DNA from: Paecilomyces variotii
Taxonomy: Eukaryota
Strand: one strand, 5' to 3'
Length of the DNA: 26,504 nucleotides
Assembly: GCA_004022145.1 (NCBI GenBank)
Contig: RCNU01000041.1
Under the pieces are notes generated by a model. That model was given only the letters and a program-made list of their open reading frames with translations. It was not told where the DNA came from and made no database searches. Of the stretch, positions 12,101-23,765 are shown one piece after another (the stretch's first letter is position 1; every line of letters starts with the position of its first letter). The translations under genes and the position numbers were made by a program.

Positions 12101-12739
12101 TTTATATATATAGTATTTAATAGGTTTTTATTTCTTTATATAAAATATACTTAATAAGGAAATTTAAAACTTAGCTTTTACTTTCTTAAAAATAGCTAAG
12201 ATATTTTTTATTTTTAAATATTTTTAAGTATTAATTACTATTCTAGTAATAATATATTTATTAAATAAATTAGAAAATAAGTATTAGATTTTAACTTTAA
12301 ATTTAGCTAAAAAAAATATAATACTATTATAAGCTATTATTTTCTTTTTTATTTATTATAATTACCTTTATATATTAATAATAATTTATCTAAGTATTAT
12401 TTTAAAATTAATAAGTAATTAAATAAGTTAATATTATTAAGTAAGCTAATTCTTCTTATATTATCTTTTAAAATAATCTTATAGTATTTTAGCAGTAATA
12501 TCTTTAATATATTTATTTTAATTATTCTTAGATAAGTATTTTATAATTTAATATTATACTATTATATTATTTTTCTCTTATAATAAATTACTATCTTATT
12601 ATTAGTATTTAATAATATTTTAATAGTTCTTATTAATAAGCTATTTCTTTATATAAATAAACTATTTTTTATAATTTTTTCTAGAAAGAGTAAGAATTAA
12701 TCTTCTTTTTTAATTATTAGAATTATTAATAGAGAATAT
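9188..12739 (-). pseudogene. Copia gag-pol polyprotein (truncated)
   Basis: De-RIPped motifs: PTLSRENYEEWF..MKEWL ~12700-12640; CYICxxxHFVKDC ~12115-12075; LWHNRIGHLG ~11220-11190; LELIHMDVCG..YFLIIVDDYSRKTW ~11050-10950; IRSDNA ~10850; PYTxxQNGxAER ~10775-10740; KLKARLVARGFTQKYGIDF ~9585-9530; LKSLYGLKQA ~9335-9305; stops at LVYV where DD is expected. Confidence 0.92.
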
Positions 12740-12953
12740 TTTTATCTATATATAAAATAATTTAATTAATTCTCTAGCTATTAATAAGTTCTAATACTTA
12801 TTGAAAATAATATCTATAGAATAAGTATTAAAGTAATCTTATTATAATATCTTTCTTATAAAAATATTTAATAGCTATTATTTTAAATTCTATAATCTTA
12901 GTAAAAGATTTTATACTATTTAAATATTTACTTTCTTAAGTTTTTACTAACTT

Positions 12954-12965
12954 AAGCTTATAATT
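12954..12965 (-). other. Copia primer-binding site, RIPped GGTTATGAGCCC (internal tRNA-iMet, Ty5/hemivirus type)
   Basis: Minus strand reads aattataagctt immediately after the LTR end; it differs from GGTTATGAGCCC only by G>A/C>T changes. Confidence 0.7.
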
Positions 12966-13249
12966 AGTTAAAAATAATAAAATAAAATAACTTTATACTA
13001 GCTTTAAAGAAAAGTATAATTTAAGATAAAGATAAAGTATAAAAAATAAAACTAATATTAATATATTCTTATAATATAATTAATTAATTATATTAAGTTA
13101 ATTAAATTCTTCTCTTAAGCTAATATATTTAGTATAAAAATTTTTTTATTAAGTAAACTATTCTCTATAACTATATATATATAATAAGATTACTCTATTT
13201 TTTAAAAATCTTATTATTAGCTAATATTATTAAATTAAAGATTTTAATA
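12966..13249 (-). repeat. 5' LTR of the Copia element (outer boundary approximate)
   Basis: Directly precedes the PBS; homologous to 7657-7878; TA-run (TATA-like) at ~13172-13183; candidate start tatta at 13249. Confidence 0.7.
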
Positions 13250-13299
13250 ATCTTAAAGATACTTACTATTAAGTTACTTATATTCTTTAAAGAAATAAT

Positions 13300-13757
13300 T
13301 ATTTTACTTAAGTAAACTAAATTAAATTTATTAAAGCTTTAATTTAATAAAGTAATATAATAGAGAACTTTAAAATAAAAAGAAGAAAAGAAAAAAAATT
13401 TAAAGAAAGAATTTTAATTCTTTTATTTATAGAATCTTTTATTTTTTAATTACTTCTAAATAATATAAGCAGTTAAAGGTTTTATTAATAGATCTCTTAT
13501 TTTATCTCCTTATTAAATTAATATTATATTAGTATTATAATATTACCTCTTTATTTAAGCTAATTTATCTTTAAATTAATAAGATAATTATAATTTTTTT
13601 ATTTCTTTAAATTAATATTTTTATTAATATAATTAATCTAATAATTTAAATTAATTAGCGGCTTAAATTTATTTAAAAATCTATTATAAAACTCTTAAAG
13701 CTTTAATAATAAATTCTTAAAGTTTTTAATAAGATATTATATTAAATCTTTATTATA
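13300..13757 (+). repeat. LTR-like direct repeat, copy 1 (458 bp)
   Basis: Aligns end to end with 13760-14215; begins tatt, ends ctttattata; preceded by a purine-rich stretch (aaagaaa) that may be a RIPped PPT. Confidence 0.85.
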
Positions 13758-13759
13758 TT

Positions 13760-14215
13760 TATTACGCTTAAGCAGATTAAATTAGATTTATTAAAGCTTT
13801 AATTTAGTAAGGCAGTATAATAGAGAACTTTAAGCTAGAGAAAGAAAAGAAAAAGAATTTAGAAAAGGAATCTTAATTCTTTTATTTATAGGATTTTTTA
13901 TTTCTTAACTACTTCTAAATAGTATAAGTAGTTAAAAGTTTTATTAGTTAATCTCTTACTCTATCTCTTTATTAAATAGGCGCTAGGTTAGCGCTATAAT
14001 ATTACCCCTTATTTAGGCTAATTTATCTCTAAATTAATAAGATAATTATTATCCTATTAATCTTCTAAATTAAGATCTTTATTAGTATAGTTAATCTAAT
14101 AGTCTAGATTAATTAGCAGCTTAGGTTTATTAGGGAATTTATTATAAAAGTCCTAGAGCTTTAGTAGTAAATTCTTAAAATTTTTAGCAGAATATTATAT
14201 TAAATCTTTATTATA
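13760..14215 (+). repeat. LTR-like direct repeat, copy 2 (456 bp), probably the 5' LTR of element C
   Basis: Starts tattacgc (=TGTYACGC), ends ttata (=..ACA); less RIPped than copy 1; followed by an ORF-like region. Confidence 0.85.
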
Positions 14216-14399
14216 ACTCTTTTAAGTAGCCTTATATTAAAGATATTTATATTTAACTTAAATAGCTAAAATTTTATTAATTTCTTATTTTAATTTACTC
14301 TAGACTTTAATTAATAGAGGCTTTTTATTAACTTAGTATAAGATAGGATTATTTAATGCTTATTAAAGGCAATTTAAAGAGAATATTAAGCAGACTTTT

Positions 14400-14831
14400 T
14401 ATTATGCCCCTAGCCCCCCGCTAGGGCATAAGCTTGCAGGACTGCAGTAAAGCTCTGAATCTAAATGTAATGCTGAGGTAATCAGTTAAACCCCGCTCTC
14501 CCCGCTTTCAGGATTTATATGAGATAAAGCTAGGAAGTGCTTAAGATTTAGAATATAAATAGGCTTTAAATTGCTGTCTTACTAGAAGCTAGCGATTTAT
14601 TCTAATATAATATATATCTTACTATTTCCTTACTTATATAAACTCTTTACTATTAGAATCCTTTAGCATAGACCCTTTTTTACGCTAGTTAGACTCTTTA
14701 TTATAATAATTAACCCTTTATCTTGCCAGTAAACTCTTCTTTAAGCTAAGTATATAAAGCTATTATCCCTCTTGCTATAATTGCTGGCGGAGTAATTTAT
14801 TAGCAATTCTTAAGAACCCCTATTCCTTATA
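14400..14831 (+). repeat. 5' LTR of element B
   Basis: Gap-free alignment with 21491-21922; TATA-like tatataaa at 14751-14758. Confidence 0.97.
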
Positions 14832-14847
14832 GTTTAGATTACTCGCC
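14832..14847 (+). other. Putative self-priming PBS (Tf1/sushi type)
   Basis: No TGG start; agattactcgcc (14836-14847) is complementary to ggcggagtaattt (14786-14798) in the LTR with one bulged G and one G:U pair. Confidence 0.65.
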
Positions 14848-14855
14848 CTAGTAAT

Positions 14856-17800
14856 ATAAGTAGCAGTATTAATGTATCTTATAATTTAGGGGATAAGGGT
14901 CTTAGCGCTTAGCCTATAATATATATTTTAAAGGATTTAGAGAGCGCTAAATTTAGCTCGCAGCAATTAATTGCTGAAGCTAGCTTATAAACCTTAAGAG
15001 ATACTCTAATAAGCCTAGGGATAGAGCAAGCTTAAATAAAAGATAAACTGTTAATAAAGAGAGACCTCCTATAGCTCTTTACCGCTAATTATATTAATAA
15101 GCGGCTAAGGCTTAAGCTGCCGGAATTATAAAGGTATAAAGCTATTATGCTTAATACCTATTACTAATAGTACTAGTATATAGATAAATATTTAGCTTAT
15201 AATACTTTATTATTTAAAAATAAAGCTAAGAAAGTTACTTATACTGTAATATTACTAGATAGGGAACCAGCTTAATCTTAAATCTACTAGCAGGAGGATC
15301 CTAACTTCTAGATGCTAACCTAAGAAGGATTTAAGGGTTAGTTACTAGATTTACTTAATAATCTATATTACTGAGGATAGAATATAATAAACTGCTTTTA
15401 TACCTTAATCTAATATCCTAATTAAACTGCCTAAGCCTTTTTATATTATTTTAAGTAGGCTTAAGCGGAGTTAAATTAAGATAAAGAGTTTAATAATAAT
15501 AGAATTATCTAGTCTTATATCTTCTACGCGAAATTTTAACCTAAGGTTTAGATAAGGTTGCTGAACTATTAAGACCTCCCAATAAATCTTAACTAATTAG
15601 CGTTTTTAGCTACTAATTAAGAGATAAACCAGAAAAAAAACAAGATTATAAATTAATCTATTCCGCCAAACGCAAGTAGATTAATATAGAATATATTAAA
15701 GGACTTCCTCTTAGAGTAAAAGAGGAAGGAGACTAGTAACTAGTGTGCAGAGCTAACTAAATCTTAAAAGAAAAAGAAGTTTAAATTGCCAATAAAATAG
15801 GATTAGCTTAAAAAAAAAGGCTGCTGCTTTAACTATAGCAAAATAGGCTATATATAGAGATCTAAATTATATCTGAAAAAGAAAGACCCCTCTAAAAAAG
15901 AAAAACCTAAGACTATTACAGTCTTTTGCAATAAAGGGTCTAAGCTAGAGAAAGAATCTTTATATACCCCAATATAACTGCACCTTCCTAATAGTATATT
16001 TAAAGATAAGGCCTTTATTAATTTTAGATCAGCCCGTTACTATATTAGCCTAGATATAGCTATATATTATAAAATTCCTTTAAACTTCTAGTAATATATA
16101 AACTTCAAATCTATTAATAGGCATAAAATTCAGAAGTATAGATTATTTAAAGCAGAGATCTATATTACTAACTCTAAAGAAATAATAAAGAAGGCAAAGA
16201 TATACTTTTATATTATCTCAATACCTAGATTAAATATTATTCTTAGGAAACTATAGCTATATATTGTAAATCCTATTATAAATTAAGAGTTAATAATTTA
16301 GAGATATTATATTCTATATTAGCTATAGGTAAAGATTAAAAGCGCTTAATAATTCTCTAAGATAGCAAAAGGAAAAATAATCTATATACTTTATAGGGAC
16401 TGAATTAACCCTATTATTCTTAAAGACCTACCTCTAGAATATAAGAAGTATATTAAGGTCTTTTTAAAAAAAAGAGTGCGAGTATATTGCCTGCTAAAAT
16501 AGGTAAACATAAAATTAAACTCTTAGATAGTAAGGCACTTCTATAGGGTAGACTTTATAACCTCTCTGCTAAAGAATTAGATATTTTATGTAAATATCTT
16601 AAAGATATATAATAAAAGAGTTAGATATAACTATTAACTAGTCCTATAGGGGCACTTGTTCTATTTATTCTAAAGACAGATAATACACTAAGGCTCTATA
16701 TTAATTATAGAGCTTTAAACAGCATTATTATAAAAAATAGATATCCTTTACCTAGGATAGATAAAATGCTTAACTAATTAGTTGGCTCTAAAATCTTTAT
16801 TAAGCTTAATCTTAGAGATATCTATTATTAGATTCGAATCCGCCAAAAAGATAAATAGAAGATAGCCTTTTAAATCTATTACAGACACTTTAAATATTTA
16901 GTAATATTATTTAGCCTATATAATACGCCTACTACTTTTTAAGCCTATATTAATTAGGCATTGCAGGGGTTATTGGATATCTATTATATTATATATTTAG
17001 ATAATATCTTAATTTTCTCTAACTCTATTAAGGAGTATAAGAGATATATAGCGCAGGTCCTAAAGAGGCTATAAGAGTATAAATTATATATAAAGTTATC
17101 TAAATATAAATTCTATAAAGAGAGAGTTAAATTCCTTAGTTTTTTTATAGGAAAAGATAGAATAGAAATAGATCCTAGTAGAATAGAAATTATTAGAGAC
17201 TAGCTAGAGCCTAAATTTTTTAAGGAAGTCTAAGTCTTCCTAAGATTTGCCAGTTTCTTTAGAAGGTTTATTTATAACTACTCTATAAAGATAACTCCCC
17301 TAATTAGTTTACTAAAAGGAAGTGTTTAGGGGAAGAAAACTAGGATATTTACTTAGACTAGAGAAGCTGTAAAGGCGTTTAATAAGCTAAAATTAGCTTT
17401 TATAACTCTGCTAGTACTAAGGTATTTTAATCTAAAGAAGCTAATAATACTAATAACTAATATCTTAGGATTTGCCCTCGCCGCTATATTTTTTTAAGAA
17501 GATAGTAATAAGACAGTTCCGGGTATTAGGTTAAAGATAGGTCTAAAAATTAGAACCTAGATAGACTAATAAACTGTGTCTAAAAACTAGCACCCTATAG
17601 CATATTATGCCCGGAAGTTTATTAAAATAAAGGCATATTATAAGGTCTATAACTAAGAACTCCTGGCTATTATTAATGCTTTTAAATATTAGTATTACTA
17701 CTTAGAAGGTAATAGATATCCTATATAGGTATAGAGTAACTATATAAACTTGCGCTATTTCTTTACTGCAAAAATATTAAATAATAGATAAGCTTAGTAG

Positions 17801-19606
17801 GTAGAACTATTAGCAGTATATAACTTTTAAATTAAATATAAGCTAAGACAGCTTAATACTGTAAATGCCCTATCTAGAAGAGTAGATTTTAAATTATCTA
17901 AATCTAAATCCTAGATAAGATTACTTCTAATCCTTCAGAAAAAGCTTTAGTATAAAGCTTAAAATAAGTATATATAGGAAAGTAATTTAGAGTATAAACC
18001 TATTAAAGCGGGCGGTATAAGTAGTCCAGAATATTTAATATAAAGAATGCTAGTTATTAGGGTAATTAGGGAAGAGTCTATTTAGGATGCTATAACTCCT
18101 AGCCTGCTCTTTATATTAAAGCAGCTTTAAGCAAGGGATACCTTTATTTTAGAGAAAACTAGGGAATTAAAAGCATATACTCTTAAAGATAGCTCAGAGA
18201 TAATATAGAGAATAAATAATAAAGGACTATTATAGAAGGATAATACTATATTTATATTAGATATATCCGCTATAAAGCAAGAGCTCTTTTAAATATATTA
18301 TAATAATCTTTATATAGGGCATTAAGGTATTAAGAAGACTAAAGAGCTGCTTTAAAGAAGATTTAACTAGCCTAAGATAGTATAGGATATATAGGAGTAT
18401 ATATCTATATATAATATCTGCTAGAGAAACTAAACTCTATAGTATAGGCTATATAGAGAGCTAAAGTCTCTGCTAATCCTAGCGCAGCTATAATAGAGTA
18501 TCTTAATAGATTTTATAGTAGGACTGCCGCCGTTAGAGAAATAGAGAGTTATCTATAATTTAATATTAGTAATTATAAACCGCTATTTAAAGATAGCGCT
18601 TTATATCCTTACCCATAAAATGTTAAAGACAGATAAGATAGCTAACCTTATTATAAATTATATTTATAACCGCTTTAAACCTCTATAATTAATTGTATTA
18701 AATAGGGGGGCGCTATTTATTAGTAAATACTGAATAAAACTTTGCTGCTATATTTAAATTACTAGACTTTTAAGCACTGTATTTTATCCCTAGACTAATA
18801 GCTAGACTAAAAGGTAGAACTAGATATTAGAGTATTACCTCTGGGTCTACTTAAACTATAAGTAAGATAATTAGATATCCTTATTAACTACAGCGGAGTT
18901 TATATATAATAATTTAATCTATACCTCTATAAGCATAACTCCCTTTTATATTATCTATAGATTTAATCCTAAGAATTAGGATAAATATAACTTCAGGAAG
19001 CAAACAGATATACTAGCAGTTAATAATTAATTAAAAGAGCTTGCTGAAATACGCGCCTAATTAAAAGAATCTTTCTAAAAGGCTATTACTGCGCAATAAA
19101 AGTATTATAATAAAAAGTATAAGCCTAGATCCTATATAATAGGAGACTAAGTCTGCCTTTTAATAAAGAACTTGAAGATAGATTAACTAATTAAGAAACT
19201 AGACATAAAATACTTAGGACCTTATAAAGTTATAGAGAGAATTAGAACTTAAGCCTATTGGCTTAGGCTCCCGAAGAGCTTAGACAAAATATACTTAGTC
19301 TTCTATATTTCTCTATTAGAGCCCTACTGTTAGAGATTAGGGGCTAAACCTAAGTATCTAGATCTGATCTTAGTAGATAATAAACTAGAATAGGAGATTA
19401 AAGCCATTCTAGATAAATAGACAATATAGGGAAAAAAGCAATATTTAATTAAATAGAAGGGCTATTTAGATTATAAAAATTTATAGCAGCCTAAGGAGGA
19501 CCTTAAGTATACCTAAAATATATTAGCTAAATTTAAAGTAATAATATAAGCTATTAACAAAATCTCTCTAAAAAGGGCTCTGAGAAGCTCTAGAAAAAAG
19601 AGTTAA
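14856..19606 (+). pseudogene. gag-pol polyprotein of element B (Gag, PR, RT, RNase H, IN, chromodomain)
   Basis: Start ata (=ATG) at 14856. Knuckle CFNCGKxGH at 15825. AFIDSGSA at 16011-16034 in the same frame as the knuckle. YLDD read as YLDN at 16994. TDASGFA 17456; HHCC ~18300-18421; MDFIVGLP 18506; VSDRG 18695; FHPQTDGQTER 18782; GPY 19217; chromodomain EWEIEAILD..YLIKWKGY..NSWQP 19388-19492; stop at 19604-19606. One frameshift, probably at the A-run ~16466. Confidence 0.96.
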
Positions 19607-19763
19607 TAAAACTAATAAGATTTCCCTTTTTTTCTACTAGGTTTATAGGTTTTACTTAATTATTTTATTATTGAATTTATATTATTCTTTCTCTATTTAC
19701 CTATCTATAGAGGTTTAGGAGTTTTAATAAGGATATAAGAAGCTAGTCTATCTAGAAATAAAT

Positions 19764-21200
19764 TTATTTTAACTGGGCTATCTCTAGTAAGAACTAAAAA
19801 TATAGGTCTAAGATTAATCCCCCCTATTTATCTACTTCACCGTTATAAAACCCTATTGGCATAGATTTATCCTCCTTTTTATTGGAGAAAGGAGGAATAT
19901 TATAAGTAATATATATAATTTCTTGCATACGCTGCAGATTTAATGCTATTAAATAGAGTAATCTAAGCAACTTCTGTTAGAGCTGTATTATAGACTGCTT
20001 ATATAAAGATAAGGTTAATAGGATAGTAGATATAAGCTTATTTATATCTGCCTTAATAGGCGCTTTGTGCAGGTATATCTTTATAAAAGATTTATATTTA
20101 CTATAGGCCTCCTTAAAAGACCTATAATTACCTAAGAGATGGGCCTCTTAGCTAAGGCTCTATAGATAAATAAGCTTGTCCTTATAAACTGATAAGACTA
20201 GAATATAGGGCTTATACTTGCAACTATAATAATTGCACTTAATATTAGTATTAATACAGGTGCACTAAAGTGCCAGATTTTTAATTAGCCCCTTTAAATA
20301 ATAAAGGCATATCTTTTAAGGTATTAAAGGAAACTCCTTACCCGGCCGGGAGGTAGTAAGGCTATCTTTTATTATTATATTAATAACAATAATAATAGTA
20401 GTTTTAATTAGTATCTTAATAATAGCCGGTTTAGTCTAGGTCCCTATATTAATAACCTCTTTATACCCTATGCTTTATCTCTAGGGCCTTTTTATAGTAT
20501 AAGTAGGAGTTATTTTTAGCTTAGCTATAGTAGCTGGCCTAATAATAGAATAAGTTCTCTTTCTCTTTAGTAGGCTTTTCGGCGCTGCTATTAAGTTAGA
20601 TAGATTTATTTATATAATAGCTAGGATTATAAAAAAAGGCTAATTTAGTAGAGGTATAAACCTTCTATACCTTAATTCTAGTGTAATATTTATTTTAGCT
20701 AATAGATCTTCTATAGGACCTAGGGCGAATAGAGACACTGACCTATTAATAGCTATAAAAGGGGTAATACTTATCTAAGGAGGCAGTCTCTCTAGCGTTA
20801 TAATAGCAGCTAGAGTCCCTAATATTTTAATAATAATTAGGGGATTATTTTCTAATATTATAGTAGTAACTAGATTTAGCTGTGTTATAATAGCAGCAGC
20901 TGTATCCTCTATCTTAAAGATAGGAGGAGGGGATAGCTCCCTAAAGGGGGAGATAATATCTTTAGGCTGTTAATACTATAGAAATTAGTATATAATATAT
21001 AAAATCTTGCACTAGAATACTTACTTAAGGAGTCTTTTTATATTGCTTAAATATAAAATAAATTTAGGGTAGTATTGTCTAAATTAAATTAGCTTATATT
21101 AATATAGTTAATTAAGATAACTTACCCCTAGAGCAGGAAGCTCTAGAAACTAATAAAAAAACAACTAATTTCTTAAGTTTAATAAACTACTATACTATTA
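19764..21200 (-). pseudogene. Antisense, intron-containing cargo gene of element B: Pro/Thr/Ala-rich region, Zn2Cys6-like cluster, helical C-terminus; 5' end uncertain
   Basis: Intron 21125-21079 (GTAAGT..GCTAAT..TAG, 47 nt) and intron 21024-20976 (GTAAGT..TACTAAT..TAG, 49 nt) flank a 54-nt exon. The last exon 20975-19764 is 404 codons with only TAA/TAG stops. CX2CX11CX8CX2CX6C at 20309-20205 (three tgc intact, three tat read as RIPped tgt). Confidence 0.72.
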
Positions 21201-21473
21201 GCACTATTATAATCTTAAAAATATATCCAGATCTTTATTTAAATATATTTAGGACTAAGAGCTATATATAGCAAGAGATAGGAAGATAATTGCTGGGGAT
21301 TAAAATTCTAACCTTATAGTATTGTATAAATAACACTCCCAGCTTATATAACTTCTTAACCCTTCGCCGCAAAGGCAGTAAGAAGCTCCTTTATTTACTA
21401 TACTACAAATCTCTATAAAGCTATACTCTATATTTAATATAACAACTTTACAACAGCTTGGGGATGAGCCTTT

Positions 21474-21487
21474 AAAAAGGGGGGGAA
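21474..21487 (+). other. Polypurine tract of element B
   Basis: aaaaagggggggaa 3 nt upstream of the 3' LTR. Confidence 0.92.
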
Positions 21488-21490
21488 TAC

Positions 21491-21922
21491 TATTATATCT
21501 CTAGCCCCCCACTAAGGCATAAGCTCGCAGGACTGCAGCGAAGCCCTAAATCTAAATATAATACCGAGGTAATTAGTTAAACCCCGCTTTCCCCGCTTTT
21601 AGAATTTATATAAGATAAAGCTAGGAAGTGCTTGAGATTTAGAATATAAATAGGCTCTAAATTATTATCTTACTAGAAGCTAGCAATCTGTTCTAATATA
21701 ATATATATCCTACTATTTCCTTATTTATATAGACTCTTTATTACTAGAACCCTCTAGCGTAGATCCTTCTCTATACCGGTTAGACTCTTTATTATAATAG
21801 TTAACCCTTTATCTTGCTGGTAGATTCTTCTCCGAGCTAGATATATAAAGCTGCTATCTCTCTTGCTATAATTGCTGGCGGAGTAATTTGTCAGCAACCC
21901 CTAGGAACCCCCGTTCCTTACA
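21491..21922 (+). repeat. 3' LTR of element B
   Basis: Ends ...ttaca followed by the TSD ctttt. Confidence 0.97.
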
Positions 21923-21927
21923 CTTTT

Positions 21928-23300
21928 ATAATATTAGGGAGTTTTAGTTTTTAAGTATTTCTTATCTTTTTAAGGATTTTAAAGGAGCCCTTTATTTAAT
22001 TACTAAGTTTCTATAAAGATTAATTAAATATTTAGTTTATAGGCTTAATAAAAACCTTATTACTAATATTAAAATTAATCTCTTAATAATATTTATTAGC
22101 CTATCTTTTCTATTATTCTTAGGCCTTTTTAATAGAAGCTTTTATTACCTTCTAGATCTATTAAAGTTAATATATCTATTATTAAGCTTTAGCCTAATTA
22201 GCTCTCTTTAATATTAAAGTAAATTATAATACTAAGCGCTAGTTAAATAAAATATAAAGCTTATATCTATATTTAATTATAAATAGAGATATTCTTATAA
22301 ATTCTTAAGTTAATACTACTATTATAAAATTAACTATTAAGAGATAATTTAACTAATTATTCTAATAATAATTAATATAAGGCTATAATTTCTAGGCTAT
22401 ATATTAGTTTAAAACCTTTATTTAACTATCTATTTAAAGGTATATAGCTAAAAAGAGCTTTAATTTTACTCTTAGTAGTAAATAAAATTTATTTTAAAAA
22501 TTTAAAATAAATTATAGTCTTTAATTAAAAACTATTATATTAAGAATACTCTTATAATAATATATATATTTAAAGAAGATTTTAGCTATAGTCCGCGCTA
22601 TAGCTATATTATAATAAGAAATAGAGATAAAGTATTTATTAAAATAATTAACTACTATAAAGATAATATTATAATTATTTTTATTCTTTAAAAAAGATTA
22701 GAAATCTATTAAGATATATTACTATAGTTATTTAAAAATAAGTAATAGTTAAAGTAATCTTAATAAAGAATCTTATAAGTTCTTAGTTTAATAATAAGTT
22801 AGATAATTATTAATATATATTAAGGTATAAGCTTAAGAAATAGGTTAAAACGAATAAAATAAAGTAATTAATACTAAGACTAGCTATAAGATCTTTATTT
22901 AGCTAATTTAAGCTATTATAGGCAGGCTTAGTAAATAAAATATAGCTTAAAGAGCTTAAATTTAAATTAAGCTATATGCTAAAGATATTTTTATAAGATT
23001 ATATAACTTCTTATATAAGTATTAACTAATAGATTAATTATTCTATTAGAATATCTTAAGATAGTTTTCTCTAGAACTTTTTTATCTCTTATACTAATAT
23101 TATAATAATACTTCTTTTCTTAAAATTAAGCTCTATTAAGATTATTTTTTAGCTTTAACTTATTTAAATAGTAGTAATAAAAGTTAGTAATAATTTTTTA
23201 AGCATATTATAGGTAATATATAGGCTTTTTAATTAAATTATTATAACTTAACTATTTAATAATATATTATAGTATAATAGAGAGAATTAGTATAAAGAAT
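21928..23300 (+). pseudogene. Gag-like ORF remnant of element C (continues from ~14290-14399 across the insertion of element B)
   Basis: Rejoining at the TSD gives a long low-complexity P/Q/S-like frame, then a helical protein-like stretch from ~22741 (..QAREMGQNEWDEVIDAETGYEVF.. de-RIPped). No diagnostic motif; position after an LTR is the main support. Confidence 0.4.
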
Positions 23301-23765
23301 ATAATTAGTTAAGAGATTATATACTTTTACTTAAAGTCTTTAAAAAGTCTATAAATAAAACAGAAGAAGAAGAATAAAAAGATAAGATCTTTTAGTTATT
23401 TAGAATAAAATAATTAGCTTTATCTTTCTATTATTATTTAGTATTAGTTTAGTATTAAATTATTATTAATTTATTATATTAGTTTATAATTAAAGCTTCT
23501 TTTCTAGCTTTATTTTAAGCTTTAAAGTTAAATATTCTTTTCTTCCTTCTTAATATCTATTTGCTTAAAGATTTTATATTAAGTCTTAATATATTTTCCT
23601 ATAATAAATTAGAGCTAAATATAGGGGATATTAAAATATTAAGCAGAAATAAGGGAGAAAGAAGAACTAAAAGCTAAGGTTAAGGCTAAAATTAAAAAAA
23701 GGGGTAAAAAGTAATAAAAAGATAAATAAAATAGCTAAGGAAGATTACTATTATAAATAAAAAAA

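Larger units (their letters stand above)
9188..13249 (-). mobile_element. Ty1/Copia LTR retrotransposon, 5' half only (truncated within RT), heavily RIPped
   Basis: LTR-PBS-gag-IN-RT order on the minus strand; RNase H and 3' LTR are absent. Confidence 0.9.
14400..21922 (+). mobile_element. Full-length Ty3/Gypsy chromovirus, element B (7523 bp), RIP-inactivated
   Basis: Two 432-bp LTRs; 5-bp TSD ctttt at 14395-14399 and 21923-21927; PBS, gag-pol with chromodomain, and PPT all present. Confidence 0.98.

Noticed and set aside
7665-13173. Tc1/mariner-like DNA transposon with ~210-bp TIRs (TA|CAGT-like ends)
   Set aside because: No transposase inside. The right repeat abuts a Copia PBS and gag, so it is an LTR; the interior is retroelement debris.
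16466-16473. Programmed frameshifts at A-runs (also 957-965, 1882-1891)
   Set aside because: They fall inside gag or pol rather than at the gag/pol boundary, and are better explained by slippage or sequencing error in RIP-generated homopolymers.
19870-19905. Hairpin cctccttt..aaaggagg and an internal PPT-like ggagaaaggaggaa followed by tattat
   Set aside because: Lies within the antisense ORF (PPFS codons) and no LTR homology follows; a prokaryotic terminator is irrelevant here.
21190-21248. Third upstream intron of the antisense gene (GCTAAT..TAG present)
   Set aside because: The donor GT is visible only if atatat is assumed to be RIPped GTATGT, and two positions are possible; not supportable without a consensus.
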